NCBI GenBank assembly: GCA_040285855.1
Contig: JAUFOQ010000006.1
Location: forward strand, 248,001-312,000
Length of the DNA: 64,000 bases
DNA from: Eukaryota sp. GEM-RC1
Lineage: Eukaryota
Direction of reading: 5' to 3'
Shown here: one piece after another, positions 38,525 through 50,429 of the stretch
Numbering within the stretch: the stretch's first letter is position 1
How the letters are laid out: each line of letters starts with the position of its first letter
The notes under the pieces: generated by a model
What the model saw: the letters and a program-made list of their open reading frames with translations, nothing else
The model's database searches: none
Told to the model about the DNA's origin: nothing
Translations under genes and position numbers: made by a program

Positions 38525-39158
38525 CAGGGCTCCTCATAAATAAATATAAATTCTATTTATTTCTATTTATATTTATTTTTGAGCCTTTTTGGCAATCATG
38601 CAAATAGAACAAAATAAATATATAAATAAAATGTCGGAAAGTATACTTTGTTGATCTATATAATACATCGGTTAATTTCGTGCTCAAGGTTCTTGATTGA
38701 CTTAAAATATGATGTATGAAGAACTCAAGCTCAGCCGAGAATCAAAGTTAAGTTATTTTTCCTCAAACTTTGCCATTTCAATGTCGAACCTAACCGACAC
38801 AGACAAGCCTTTACCTGTGTTCTAAGCCAATCCCACAACTATATCCGGGCATATGATCAGTGAACAATTCTCATGGTCGTCTACGATGCTGAATATTGAA
38901 CTAATGCTGAAGATCCACAGGTGGTGGCGACACAGTGAGATCAATTATACGAAGCAGAAAATCAACTAACCATTTTCGACAAGAAAGGGATGATCAAATG
39001 GATTGTGTAATCATCAATAGTGACTGAGAGAATCTGTACTAATACGATATTTTGTTTTTTATTTGGGTTTTATTTTGTTTTTATTATATTTATTCCACAT
39101 TTATTTTTGGCACTTTTTGATGTTCAAATTATTGTAAATTATCTTATGAGAGGGCCTG
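38525..39158. mobile_element. Non-autonomous hAT-like element (634 bp)
   Basis: Imperfect TIRs CAGGGCTCCTCATAA and CAGGCCCTCTCATAA; perfect 8-bp TSD CTCACTCA (38517-38524 and 39159-39166); ATAAAT/ATTTAT subterminal repeats. Confidence 0.88.
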
Positions 39159-39550
39159 CTCACTCAACAAAGGCCGATCATAAGAAATATTTAAATAAAC
39201 GATATAGAAGTCCCAACTTCCTCCGCAAGTCTCGTTTCAGTATTAATATATAACAATACTGAATAATACGAAACTAATCTTAATTGATGTCTCAATGTAC
39301 TGTCTATTGTGTCGTTGAAGTGAATGATGTCTTCTGTCTGTTCAGTAGTTTCAGTCAACCGTTCTAATTGTTACCAATTCTTGAACGTACAGCTTCAACA
39401 CAATCACCCATATATCGAGTCGATATTCAAACAATTAAGCCTTCTCAAAAACAATCATGAGATAAACCCCATCACTTATACGTCCACCAAACAGTGCTCA
39501 GAATACAAAAACCATACCAACTCACACTTTATTGTTCTAATCAACAACAC

Positions 39551-40754
39551 CTAATGCCTCATATCCATTTGAACCCCCCTTAATCTTGTAACCGCACTTC
39601 TGGTAGAATTCAATGTTCTTATCCTCGCAATCTAAAATGACTTTGTAACAATTTGCGGTCTTTGCAATGGAAGACAAATGGCGTACCAAAGTCCTGCCAA
39701 GATTCTGACGTCTGTACAAAGAATGGACAACCACATCCTCGATATGTCCAACATTTTGGCATTGATGGATAAACTTCTTCTCAACAAGTAAAGCAGCAGT
39801 AGCTATCACTTTTCCAGAATCGATGTCTTCAGCAACGTAGATATGATAGTCCTCAGAAAGCTCAGTCAATCTGTTGGTAAACTTCTCATAAGTTATTTCA
39901 CCAACTGAAGTAAGTTGAGATAGGATATCCAGAAATCCTCGATAGTAGTCGTCGCGTTCAAGACGGCGAATCTTCAAACGATCATGATTGATGATTTTTC
40001 GACAAGGAAGAAGCTTGGCAGCACCAATATCCACATAGACAGTGTAGTTTTCGTGTTTTTTCAAGAAGGTAGCTGGATTCTGGTCATTCGGTTCTTCATC
40101 AACAAATTTCTTCATGATCTGTGCTTTAGTCTCTCCAGTTGCCATCATAATGACTCTCTTCGACTCTAGGATAGATCCTAATCCCATTGTTACAGCATAT
40201 CTTGGGACTTCTTCATTCAGACGCTGAAAAGATGGAGTTGCATCAATTCTTGTTACATTGTGGAGCGTTACACGTCTTGTTCTTGAGTCCACAGTGGAGC
40301 CCGGTTCATTGAATCCCAGATGGCCTGTTCTACCAATACCAAGAAGTGTGAGATGAAGTCCGCCAAGGTCTTTGATCTTCTGTTCATATTCCATAGCAAA
40401 TGCATCCGCTTCTTGTTGATCAAGAATACCTTCCGGAATATGAATTTGAGACTTGGGGATGTTGACGTGATCAAACAGGTGCTTATTCATGAAGTAGTGG
40501 TAGCTTTCTTCATGGTCATGATTGAGGCCGCAATACTCATCCAAATTGAACGTATAGACATGGCTAAAGTCTATATTTTCTTCCTGTGCCCTTTCACAAA
40601 TACGGCGGTACACTGGAATGGGGGTAGAACCCGTGGGTAAACACAGCACACAGTTGGAGTTCTTTACCTTTGTTTGAATGATGAGCGAGATGATTTCATC
40701 AGCAACTGTTTGGGCAACAATCTCCTTGGTTTGGCAGATTTGAACAGAGTCCAT
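39551..40754 (-). CDS. Fusion of glucosamine-6-phosphate deaminase (NagB/GNPDA) and glucosamine-6-phosphate N-acetyltransferase (GNA1)
   Basis: N-domain 'LPTGSTP', 'TFNLDEY', 'LGIGRTGHLGFNEPGS', 'AVTMG'; C-domain 'EKKFIH..GHIEDVVV..YRRQNLG..CYKVILDC..FYQKCG'. The junction is in frame. Removing one G from a G6 run gives the end 'GVQMDMRH*' at 39551 (the raw ORF stops at 39537). Confidence 0.93.
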
Positions 40755-41292
40755 ATAATTCGAGTCAAGAAAAGTCCTGAGGTGATTGCAGAAGTTCTCT
40801 TTTATTTTAGATGTCTACAGTGACAACCTGTCAGTTTCTCTACAGTATATTCTACAGTGATTATATGCCTTTGAACAAGCTTTTGGAATACCAATTGTCC
40901 GACTCATGGATGTCACTCCAAATGTTTCTTGTTTCGAGACTTGGTTTGTTACTGTATGTGGAAGTTGATAAGCTCTTGGGGAAATAAATGTAGTGATATC
41001 TACTATCGATCTCTTTTGGAAGATCATTTTGATGCAATAACGATTGTATAATGGTGATTTAGATAAAGAAACACAAATCACTTTGATAAACCCAAAAGGT
41101 AGACCGCAAGATAAAGTCAGATGACAAATTGAACTACGTGGACATGTAACAGAATGCAGGAATCTTCCAAATCTGTTTTCTTTTCCAGTTGACTTGAGAG
41201 AAACAAGGAAAGATATGTCAATGGAACAACCTAGACGTACACGGGAAAAGACATGACAAGAAAATTTCAATTTCGCATCTTTTCTTCTGTCC

Positions 41293-42031
41293 ATGTTCAG
41301 AATTTGTGCCAATTGTGACCATGCACCAGTGGAAGTCTTCTGCAGAAATTGCAGAGAATTTCTCTGTTCTCACTGCTTCGCCGAAATTCACTCTCACAAG
41401 ATTTTGCAGGGACACAAATGTTTAAAAATATCTCCAAATCGATCATCTCTGAAAGATCATTTGCAAATGGCTTTATGGAACCCAGATCGTGGCTATTGGG
41501 GTCCATTCCTTATCACCATGGCCCTGTTGTTCATCACAATGCCATCTGATGTTTTTTTTCCTAAGTTCGTTCGTCGCCACCATCATTTTCATCTTAATCT
41601 CTGTTGGATTAGAATTAATTGCAAGGGCACCAAACTCCATTATGAGTGTTATGACTGGATGTTTCACAAAGGCGCTTCCAAATACCACCATCACAATCTC
41701 TGTTGCTTTCTGGCTTTTGCTTAACACCTCTAGCGCATCAATTATTCCCAAGTTGCTTCTGCTTTCTATCAGTCTCTTGCTCGCCGTGTTTTCCAAGCAC
41801 TATTGGCAGTTCAATGTCTTGGAGACTCTCATTTGCACCGACTGGTCGATACTGCTTTATTTATTCCTCACCTTCTTCGTGAATCATCGAGCTATTCGTA
41901 TTAATTTGGCATATTCACTCCTTGCCCTCATGAATGCAGTTGTGTTTAGTCATTATTTGCCTCCACCTCTTCGCGATTCTAAGTATTGGTCATATTCGTC
42001 ATTTGTAATGTTGATGTTGTTCTCTCTTTAA
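41293..42031 (+). CDS. B-box zinc finger fused to a multi-pass membrane domain (frameshift in T8 run near 41555)
   Basis: 'CANC..FCRNC..LCSHC..IH..GH' B-box followed by several hydrophobic helices. Confidence 0.72.
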
Positions 42032-42651
42032 TTTCAAAATAAATCTTTTGACTTCCTTTTCAATGACGTAACTTCTTTATGACTCCCACACTGTCTTTGC
42101 TTGAACCTATGACATTGTCTTCTTCTCTATGATACTGATTGACGAAGTTTTGCATTGAAGATCCTCGGACTAACCCTTCATTGGATTTAACGGACGGTTA
42201 CACCAATCTTTATGAACCAATGTGCTTCTGGTAAATCGTGCGCTCTGCATCTTCTTGCAATCATTACTTCCATTGGCGTCTTCCCTTGAAAAACCCCTCT
42301 TCAAGTTCTTTAATGATTGAAGTGTGTGTCAGACATGTCACTTGTAGCCCGTTAGAATGGTGTTGATGACTATCGTCCAGAAACAGAAGTCCCACATTCT
42401 TCTCTATAACCATCGTTAAATCTTTTCTTGTCTATACACCTGAATTTAGACCGAACTTTATTGGAGACATCTTTTCACAACAACCATTGGAGTAGGGATA
42501 CTCCAATTTTCTGTGCAATAAACTCTGTTCTCGATCAATACTTACATATGATTGTACTCTGATTAGTACAACGGATTTATGTGCGAAGAAAAACACACAT
42601 CAAAAAAACAAATAAATACAGACTATTAAAATAAATTATCAAACGAACTAC

Positions 42652-43180
42652 CTACAGTAATTCCGTAAAGTAGTACCATCGAAACAACGTGGATAAAATG
42701 AAATCAACATATCTATACATAGACCTAAAAATCGAAAAAGCATATTTACTCTTCCAGTACGATCTTTTAAACTTCTTGCCAAATTCTGAACACACAATTT
42801 TGAAAAATAAATTATTAAAACTCCTTGGTAAAAGAACCGAAATTTCCGTACAAAGAAACTGCAAAAGGCTGAAAGACGATATTATTGTGCCTTCGTGAAT
42901 TCAATGCAGCAACTTGATGAACGTACTTTGACACTTTAGTGTTCTCAGCGTCTTTCAGTGGATAATTTGAAGTATTCAAAATATTAGCAATAGCTGAAGA
43001 TTTGCAAGGGTCAACGGTCGTAAAATCAACAACACTTTCTTGCCATGACAACCAAGTGCCAATAAAATCACCACGTTTCAGAGTGGAATCAGGGTGATCT
43101 GATTAGTCTGTAAGATTGCTGTATTTAAGCTGATAATATCTCTCATCAAAGCAAAAACCACACTTACAGTTTCTACATTT
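42652..43180 (-). mobile_element. 5'-truncated, decayed RLE-type (CRE-like) non-LTR retrotransposon abutting the tRNA gene
   Basis: 'CKCG..KRGDF..VVDFTTVDP..AENTKVSKY..FQPFAVSLYGNFG..YWKSKYAFSIFR', a restriction-like endonuclease C-terminus with a stop and a frameshift. Confidence 0.75.
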
Positions 43181-43182
43181 GT

Positions 43183-43256
43183 ATCCTCCGTAGCTCAGCT
43201 GGAAGAGTGTGAGGCTCATAACCTTAAGGTCCCTGGATCGAGACCAGGCGGAGGTA
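43183..43256 (+). tRNA. tRNA-Met (CAT), initiator-type
   Basis: D stem GCTC/GAGT; anticodon stem TGAGG/CCTTA with loop CTCATAA; T stem CCTGG/CCAGG with loop ATCGAGA (A54, A60); acceptor pairs with CGGAGGT; T runs follow at 43260. Confidence 0.93.
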
Positions 43257-43940
43257 AACTTTTTATTTTTATTTGATGATTATTCCAAAATTTAATATAA
43301 TCATTCAATAACAATAATGTGCAAGTGTATTCTAAATGTAATAGACTGAACAACTAAAGTTTGATATCGTTAAAACAACACCCGTCGCTATCAAATCTTA
43401 CAACATCATTGTCCTCATAAAAGGAACTCACAACTAATACAGCTTTTCAATTGCTACTTATACACTCATGTCAAGCATACTAAATACCAATGGTTAATCG
43501 ATGCATACACAAGTCAAATGGAGATACGATCGAATACTGTGTTTACACTTCCAAAGACAAGATCAATTACACTTTCAATCTGTAGGTCATCGGATGTGCA
43601 AAGAAGAGAGCTGTTTCTTTGGAAACTCGGGATTCTAGTAAGCAACAACTAACGTGTTCCGACAAATGTTGGACCGAATAAATCGGTTTTTTGGCACAAA
43701 TCTCAGAGCACCATCACTATTTACCACCATGGTTTTTCGGAGAAAGTTGGTGTTTGCTTATTTACTATAATTTACCGAATTAATATGGTGCAATTTCTGA
43801 GTCATCTGACACATACACCAACATTAATTTTCCACACCATTTTTCCACACCATTTTTGTTAGGTCCAACTTTTTTGGAACACATTAGATGAAATCCAAAA
43901 AAAAATTCGTATTTTAGTAATTACTGGAGAGGACAAACTA

Positions 43941-44035
43941 TATTCAGTACCCAAAAAGGTAACCTTACTATAAAAATATCAATTTGTACAAAAACAAATA
44001 ATACAAAGACTAAATCCAAACGACTTCATCGCTAT
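43941..44035 (+). repeat. Dispersed repeat, copy 1 (core TATTCGGTACCCAATAAGGTAACCTTCCTACAAAA)
   Basis: Related copies at 52697-52775, 52868-52920 and 62808-62917 (minus). Confidence 0.7.
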
Positions 44036-45019
44036 CCGGTAAGAGATTCCGTTTTTCAACATTAACCTTCACACCACACATTTACAATTTCTCACCTAAT
44101 TGAGAGAAATAGACAACCATATTCCGATAAATGAACAACACAATACGGTTTTTCCAAATTTACGCTTCTTTTCTTTACGTTGTTCCTCTAAATTCTTGAA
44201 GAATTGTTCACAAAACCCTGGAGAGGATGGAATCAATTTCCCTTATTGGTGTAATACTTCTGCATTAAATTCGATTCTAAACCATTTCTGACATGAATGG
44301 GAGATGCTGTAGCAGTTTTTTATCGGATTTGTCAAAATCTAAATATTGCTGTACAATTGTAAAAAAAATGTCATTGTTAAAAAATGAATTGTGAAATTCG
44401 ACAAAGGAATATGATGTATTCGTGTGTGCTACGATAAATTATGAAATGAAAGGAAACAGTCTATTAGCCAACTTTGGGATCTAGTGTTGCATAACACTGG
44501 TGAAATGCTATATCTTTGTTATGTGTTTATCTTCCAATCGAGAATAAATATTGGACTACAGTATCAGGAAACAGTAATCTGTCGAAATGTACAAAGTTAG
44601 TTGCTTACTTCGGTGTTGTCTAGTCTCAAAGCTGTATGCCTTTTAACTTTTTAAGACATTTAGTTTCATAAAAATGAAAAGTTCCTACTTAGGTTATTGA
44701 AAAGTATGTTACATTAACAACAAGTGTTTGATTTGAAATAAGCAATGGAACAAAAGAATACAAAGAGAACCAATTAATGTACTCTTTTGTAAGAAGATGT
44801 TTAAAATGCCTATTCTTTGTGTAACGCCAATGTAGATGATAATTCTAGTAAACACTAAACATAACCGTGTAATTTGGATTAAAAGGGAACAGAAACAAGA
44901 GTTGTTTGGTATGCTGTTGTCCTAATTTACTGATTTACAAGAAAATGAAACCCAATGCCAAAATATTGATTATACAATTTGAAATAGACTCAAAAGACTA
45001 AAACAATGACACAAACGAT

Positions 45020-46229
45020 TTATTTCCACAATTTGGCAACTGATATACTCTTGTCCAGCTCCTTCTTCTTAATCTTTGTAACTGCTAAATCAAAATCTTC
45101 CTGGGTAACATGTAATCGTGTTTCCTAAGGTTAGAGAAATAAAACATGAACAAACTCGTAAAGCAAACATTCCGGCTTCTGTACAAACAGCTTTAAGTTC
45201 AGCACCACTAGAATTACCCATTTGGTCAGCAATCTTCACCAGATTGATTCCTCTAGTCATATTCATTTTCCGTGAATGAATCTGAAGAATCTGTAGTCTA
45301 GACTTGTCATCGGGATGGGGGAACTCTATCTTCCTATCAATTCTACCAGCTCTAAGCAACGCAGGGTCCAAAATATCGATTCTGTTGGTGGCCATTAGAA
45401 CCTTGATACTCTGAGTAGGTTCAAACCCATCCAATTGATTAAGCAACTCAAGCATGGTACGCTGGACTTCAGAATCACCTTTAGCTCCAGAACTTTCGCT
45501 ACGGGTTCCACCAATACTATCAATCTCATCCATGAAAATGATGGCTGGAGCACACTGTCTTGCCATTACAAAGATTTCACGTACAAGACGTGATCCCTCA
45601 CCAATGTATTTCTGAACTAATTCAGAACCAGAAACTCTAATGAAGGTACATTTCGTGTGATGAGCAACAGCTCTAGCTAGAAGAGTCTTCCCTGTTCCTG
45701 GAGGGCCGTACAGTAGAACACCTTTGGGTTGGGCTATACCAAGAGCGTCAAAGATTTCAGGATGCAGAATGGGAAGCTCAATGACCTCCTTGATTTCACG
45801 GATTTGATCCTGGAGACCTCCAATAACATCGTAGGTGGAATCGGGTACCTTTTCAACACGCATCAGAGAAACCAATGGATCTACCTTGGTAGGAAGTACT
45901 TTGTAGAGTTGATATGAGTCAGATCGGAGAGCCACCCTTGAGTTGGGGGTAATCTGTGAGATATCGAGATCTTTAGAGACATCAACTATGTATTTGCCTT
46001 CAGCACCAACTTTAACAAGACATTTTTCAGGGCCCATCATTCTGACAACCTCAGCTACGTACGATCCTGGTTCCTGAAGATGATGAAGTTCTTCTCTAAG
46101 TAGACGCACTCTGTGGTTGATTTGGTTACGCTGCGCCTCAAGTCGACGCAAAGATTTGCGGGTGTCATTGACGGACACCTCAAGACGAGTAAGTGTACCG
46201 TTAAGGAAGTGATCAAGTGTGGAGACCAT
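45020..46229 (-). CDS. RPT6: 26S proteasome AAA-ATPase RPT6/PSMC5 (31-nt intron 45125-45155)
   Basis: Walker [14 protein letters not shown], '[10 protein letters not shown]'; splicing out GTTTGTTCATGTTTTATTTCTCTAACCTTAG restores '[18 protein letters not shown]'. Confidence 0.96.
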
Positions 46230-46283
46230 TCGAAGAATTGAAACCGGTTTGTCAAATCTTGAGCAATTCTGTTGTCTTCGCAA

Positions 46284-47189
46284 ATGAGCGAACCAGTGCA
46301 AACTCTTCCTCCTTGTACACATTCTGATACTGATGACTCAGATGATGCTTATGTTTTAGAGTCCGTGGATGTGTTACACCAAAATCTTGCTTCATCTTCT
46401 TTTGTTCTGGGTTCTTCTCTAGACGATCCCACAGTAATACGACAAAGACTAACAAGTATCGAAACACTTCGTCGTTATTATAAGTCTCAGTTTCGTGCTC
46501 TCAAACACCAACTACGTGTCCGTTCTGCTCATTATAATCAAATTCGTGCAAACCATAGACTCATACTGAGGAAAAAACGCCATGAATTAGCTCCTTTTGA
46601 CTCAGTTGATGCTCCACCCCAACGTCCAACCAAAGGAATGAAGAAAGCCCATCCCTATACCCCCAAGACTGAATCTCAACCTCCCCCAACTAAAACCACA
46701 AAGCCTTCTCTAGTAGACGCCCCTGAGCCCTCCCGTCCTGTCTGCTCCTTCCCCCCTCCCCAAGTTCACGGTCAACAACCATGTACTAATTTCTCCATGC
46801 CATTCTCTCTCTTCTGCTACCATCACGTGTTATATGATTCAAACCAACAACTTTATACCAATTGCTCAGCCGAAGGTTGTAGCGCCCCAATTCTCCTCGG
46901 TCAAAAACCCCCGTTATGCCCTGCTCATTACGTGGCTGCTGGTGGTAGGAATGCAGCAATTACTTCAGATCCAGCAATCGCTTCTGCTGTTGAAGCTCAT
47001 AAACAGAAGGATACTAGTCGGCAGCTGTCATCTCAAGAGAAGTCAGAGTTGCCTGTGGGTGATACTGTAACTTATAGAGAAAAGGTCGCCTTTATTAAGG
47101 ACACTGTTGCTGATGTTTTGTTGAAACGGCAGAAGCATCGAAGGACGGCAGTGAGTCGTAGTATGAAAAGGAAACATAATGTACCATAG
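46284..47189 (+). CDS. zf-C3Hc3H protein (KANSL2/INO80D-like)
   Basis: '[37 protein letters not shown]'; upstream '[17 protein letters not shown]' helix; first ATG at 46284. Confidence 0.8.
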   Translation: MSEPVQTLPPCTHSDTDDSDDAYVLESVDVLHQNLASSSFVLGSSLDDPTVIRQRLTSIETLRRYYKSQFRALKHQLRVRSAHYNQIRANHRLILRKKRHELAPFDSVDAPPQRPTKGMKKAHPYTPKTESQPPPTKTTKPSLVDAPEPSRPVCSFPPPQVHGQQPCTNFSMPFSLFCYHHVLYDSNQQLYTNCSAEGCSAPILLGQKPPLCPAHYVAAGGRNAAITSDPAIASAVEAHKQKDTSRQLSSQEKSELPVGDTVTYREKVAFIKDTVADVLLKRQKHRRTAVSRSMKRKHNVP

Positions 47190-48290
47190 GAAGTTGTGGT
47201 TGATAAGCTGAACGTCTTTTTTCTTTTGATAGCAATGTTCTAATTTTTTGATTTTCGTCTGTTATTGCTTTATTTTTTTTAATTATTGCAGATTTTTCTG
47301 TTTGAGATGATTGTCAACAATTGTTTAAGCAGATTTGTTTGTTTTCGACTGTGTTTCTGTCAATAAATGGTCTTGTAATGAGTCTCTATTCCTAAGTGAA
47401 CTCTATAAGTAAATACATTAGTCTTTGGAACTTCTGCTTGTGATTTCTGTGCAAATCGCATTCTTTTCAAACAGTACAAAGTTTTTCTCATTTGTACTTA
47501 TTGGAAACACTTTATATATGTGTTGGAAAATCATACAATGAAGCACCTTTCTTACAGTTTTAGTAAAACTTCACATCTGTTCAACTGATTGCATGAGTCA
47601 GATTTACTTAATGTGTGTCATCCAATAGAATATTTGTGGTCAGCTTAGCTTATTCAATAAAACACTAGACTTTAAGTCTATTAGAGTACTGTACAATAAT
47701 AACTGTAAACTAGCACCAATACTTTACTGATAACCATTCTGTGTTGGAAAAAGTGCAGCGTTCGCAATGTGTTGTAATATGATGTTGCCAGTTCTAATAA
47801 AATATTGCATTTTAAGGTTAATTACCTGAGAAACGAGAGATCGAAATTGTTGTCAACCAAAGTGGACCAGTGTTAAAGAAATAATTCCTGCTTTTTGGCC
47901 ACTTTGAAATGGAACACTTTCATGTAGAATTATCTTCATGTAGTCAATTTAGAGAGGACTTGTGCATCCAATATCGAGACTTTCCTTGATGATAGAAACG
48001 CATTGTGATTTATAAACGAAAACGAATTAATAACGAATTGATTGAATACTTAAAGTGGAACTGATTTTACTGAATCAATAGCCTGTCTTTCATTTCTGTT
48101 TTCTAGTGTTAAACAACAAATTTAACATTTTCGGAAGACACAATATCATAGGTAGAATTTTCAGACATTCTTATTTAGTTTTCTCAACAACTCATCAGCC
48201 AATATGAAGTCACTAGAATTCGGGTTTAGGAGACAGCATGTACTTTGGTGATCTAGGTTTAAAAGCTGGAGAATCCAAATTCTTCTTCAA

Positions 48291-48995
48291 ATGAATGCCT
48301 ACAACTTCATTGGAAAACCAGTCTCTATAATAACGAAATCTGAACTTCGTTATGAAGGTATCTTGTACACTATAGATGCCAATGCTAAAGCTGTCGCTCT
48401 TCAAAATGTTCGCTGTTTTGGAACAGAGGGCAGAGGAGATAAACAAGTACCTGGTGTTGATGACCTACATTCATACATTGTTTTTTCAGGTTCACAGATC
48501 AAAGAATGTTCCCTTCTTGAAGAGGAACCCATACTAGGAGATCCAGCCATTGTCTCTGTTGGCGAAGAACCTACTGTTACCCCTGTACATGAACCTTCCA
48601 CCCACGAGCCTTCTTCTCATTCTGAAGTCAAGTCCACAAAACCATCACCTTCTTCACAACCACCACGTAGACACGATGGACACAAACCGGCCTTTGAACA
48701 AAGACCTCGTAGAGAAACAAATTTCGACATCCAAGGTTGAAGATTTTGACTTTGATCTTACAGCGGCAAATGAACGATTTGACAAGACGACTTTTGTGGA
48801 AGCTCTAGAGAAAGATGATTCTAAAGAGACTCCAGCTGTTAAATCTGTGTATAACCCATCAAAGTCCTTTTTGACGATTTAACAATTCCAGAAAAAACAC
48901 GTGGTAGAAGTTTTCGTGGTAGAAGAGGTGGTCGTGGTAGAGGCAGGGGTAGAGGTCGTGGATTCAGTAGACAATCTCAGTCTTCTTCACCATAA
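48291..48995 (+). CDS. LSM14: LSM14/Scd6 P-body protein (frameshifts near 48720 and 48870)
   Basis: Lsm domain 'FIGKPVSIITKSELRYEGILYTID..FGTEGR'; 'DFDFD..ANERFDK'; FFD box after restoring one T; RG/RGG tail. Confidence 0.92.
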
Positions 48996-49704
48996 TGTTT
49001 GCTGCAATTAATGTTATTTAACTATTCATTTCATTATACTATAAACAGGTACAGACTTTGACGTTGTGTTAATATAAAGAGATGTTGAGAGATCTCTCAA
49101 CTTCAATAGTGGAGAGTAATAATTATTCTGCAATTGTTAATTCTTTCGGTGAATATGTCATTGTTATTTCAACTATTGGAAGTCCTGATCCCATTTAGCT
49201 TTCATTACTTTTTGTGATGAAAAATTTTTGACAGATTTGATGGGAATCATTGTTAACAAGTTCAATATTTACCAATATACATAATAGAGATGACACAGTG
49301 ATATTTGTTGTTGGCGTCAAACACCACTTCTTTTATGTCTGGAATGTCACAATCCAAAAGGACTTTACTTGGTAACATTACTGAGATCCCAACAGCTGGT
49401 ACGAGTTTGAGTCAAGATCTGCACCCCCGAAATGAGGTCTATGATGACCCAGCAATGCTGAGTCAGCAGACATTTGAGTTCGGCAACTATATATTTCAAT
49501 ATTGTGACAATATATTTTCAAGCTAAATTGTCGCGTTTTCATTTGCAAATATCGAACTTTCTTCAAACAACTAGTACAACGTTGTCTCAATTGGATAAGA
49601 TATGATACTAACATTTGATCATACTGATATGAAACAAAATGACTAAAGATTTTAAGATTTTAGTTGTTAGAAAGATTGTTCAGTCGTACAATGCTTACTA
49701 CTGG

Positions 49705-49963
49705 CACTCTTCGATCAATTGGAATTGCTGCTCAAAATTTCTTTGATACCTTTTCAAAGTTATGCCGTGACCATAGGAAAAATTTTAATCAGTCTCTTTG
49801 GCACAATTGTATTGTTTTTTCCTTAAATAGAAGTTTCCCAAAGTTTTTGAATCGTATTCTGGACAAATTGTATCGTGGTAGTTCAAGAGTAGATGTGGAT
49901 CATTTAATATCTTTTAAGTACTAGTTGTTTGCATTTCGTTAATTTATAACATAAAACCTTTTT
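49705..49963 (+). mobile_element. 3' end of an RLE-type non-LTR retrotransposon
   Basis: 'SIGIAAQNFF..FSKLC..FNQSLWHNCIVFSLNRS' parallels the C-terminus of the 42652-43180 element; its last ~120 bp recur at 1276-1394. Confidence 0.55.
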
Positions 49964-50105
49964 TATAGTAGTACAATGTACTAGAGATATTGCCAATAAA
50001 TATATTTATCTATTGTAAAATTTGACAATATCAATATAATTATTGTGGTGTTGACAATATCAAAATATTTATTGTAAACCCGAACAATATTTTTAACATC
50101 GCTGA

Positions 50106-50429
50106 TATAAAGTAAAACAACTACAAAAAGTCTGTTTCATTGTTTGCGGTGAGTGAATGAGTACGTACTCAAACTCTTTCGCACGATTCAACAGATCATA
50201 CTTGTTTTTGTTTTACTAATTTGATGACAAATTGAAGTGTATGAGATGGTATTTAGACATTATGAAGTTGAGTAATGATGGAAAATATACATACTAGAAT
50301 ATAACCAGAATCTTTCCAATTGAAAGATTCTGCTAGATATGACTTGATGGCCATTGTCAGTCATTCTGCCGTTCTACCATACGCCCATACGTGTATGGCA
50401 AATTCATTTTAGGTTATGGCGCAATACTG
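50106..50429. mobile_element. Second copy (right half) of the CCATACG hAT-like element
   Basis: Colinear with 13081-13370 apart from one internal indel of roughly 40 bp; ends ..ggttatggcgcaatactg. Confidence 0.75.

Noticed and set aside
40815..41312. 165-aa minus-strand ORF between the fusion gene and the B-box gene
   Set aside because: No recognisable domain, and it overlaps the start of the B-box gene; not supportable.
47700..47930. Possible hAT transposase remnant ('WTSVKEIIPAFWPL')
   Set aside because: A single weak motif among stops.
49982..50104. Small MITE-like segment (TAGAGAT..CATCGCTG)
   Set aside because: Termini are poorly matched and no TSD is present.
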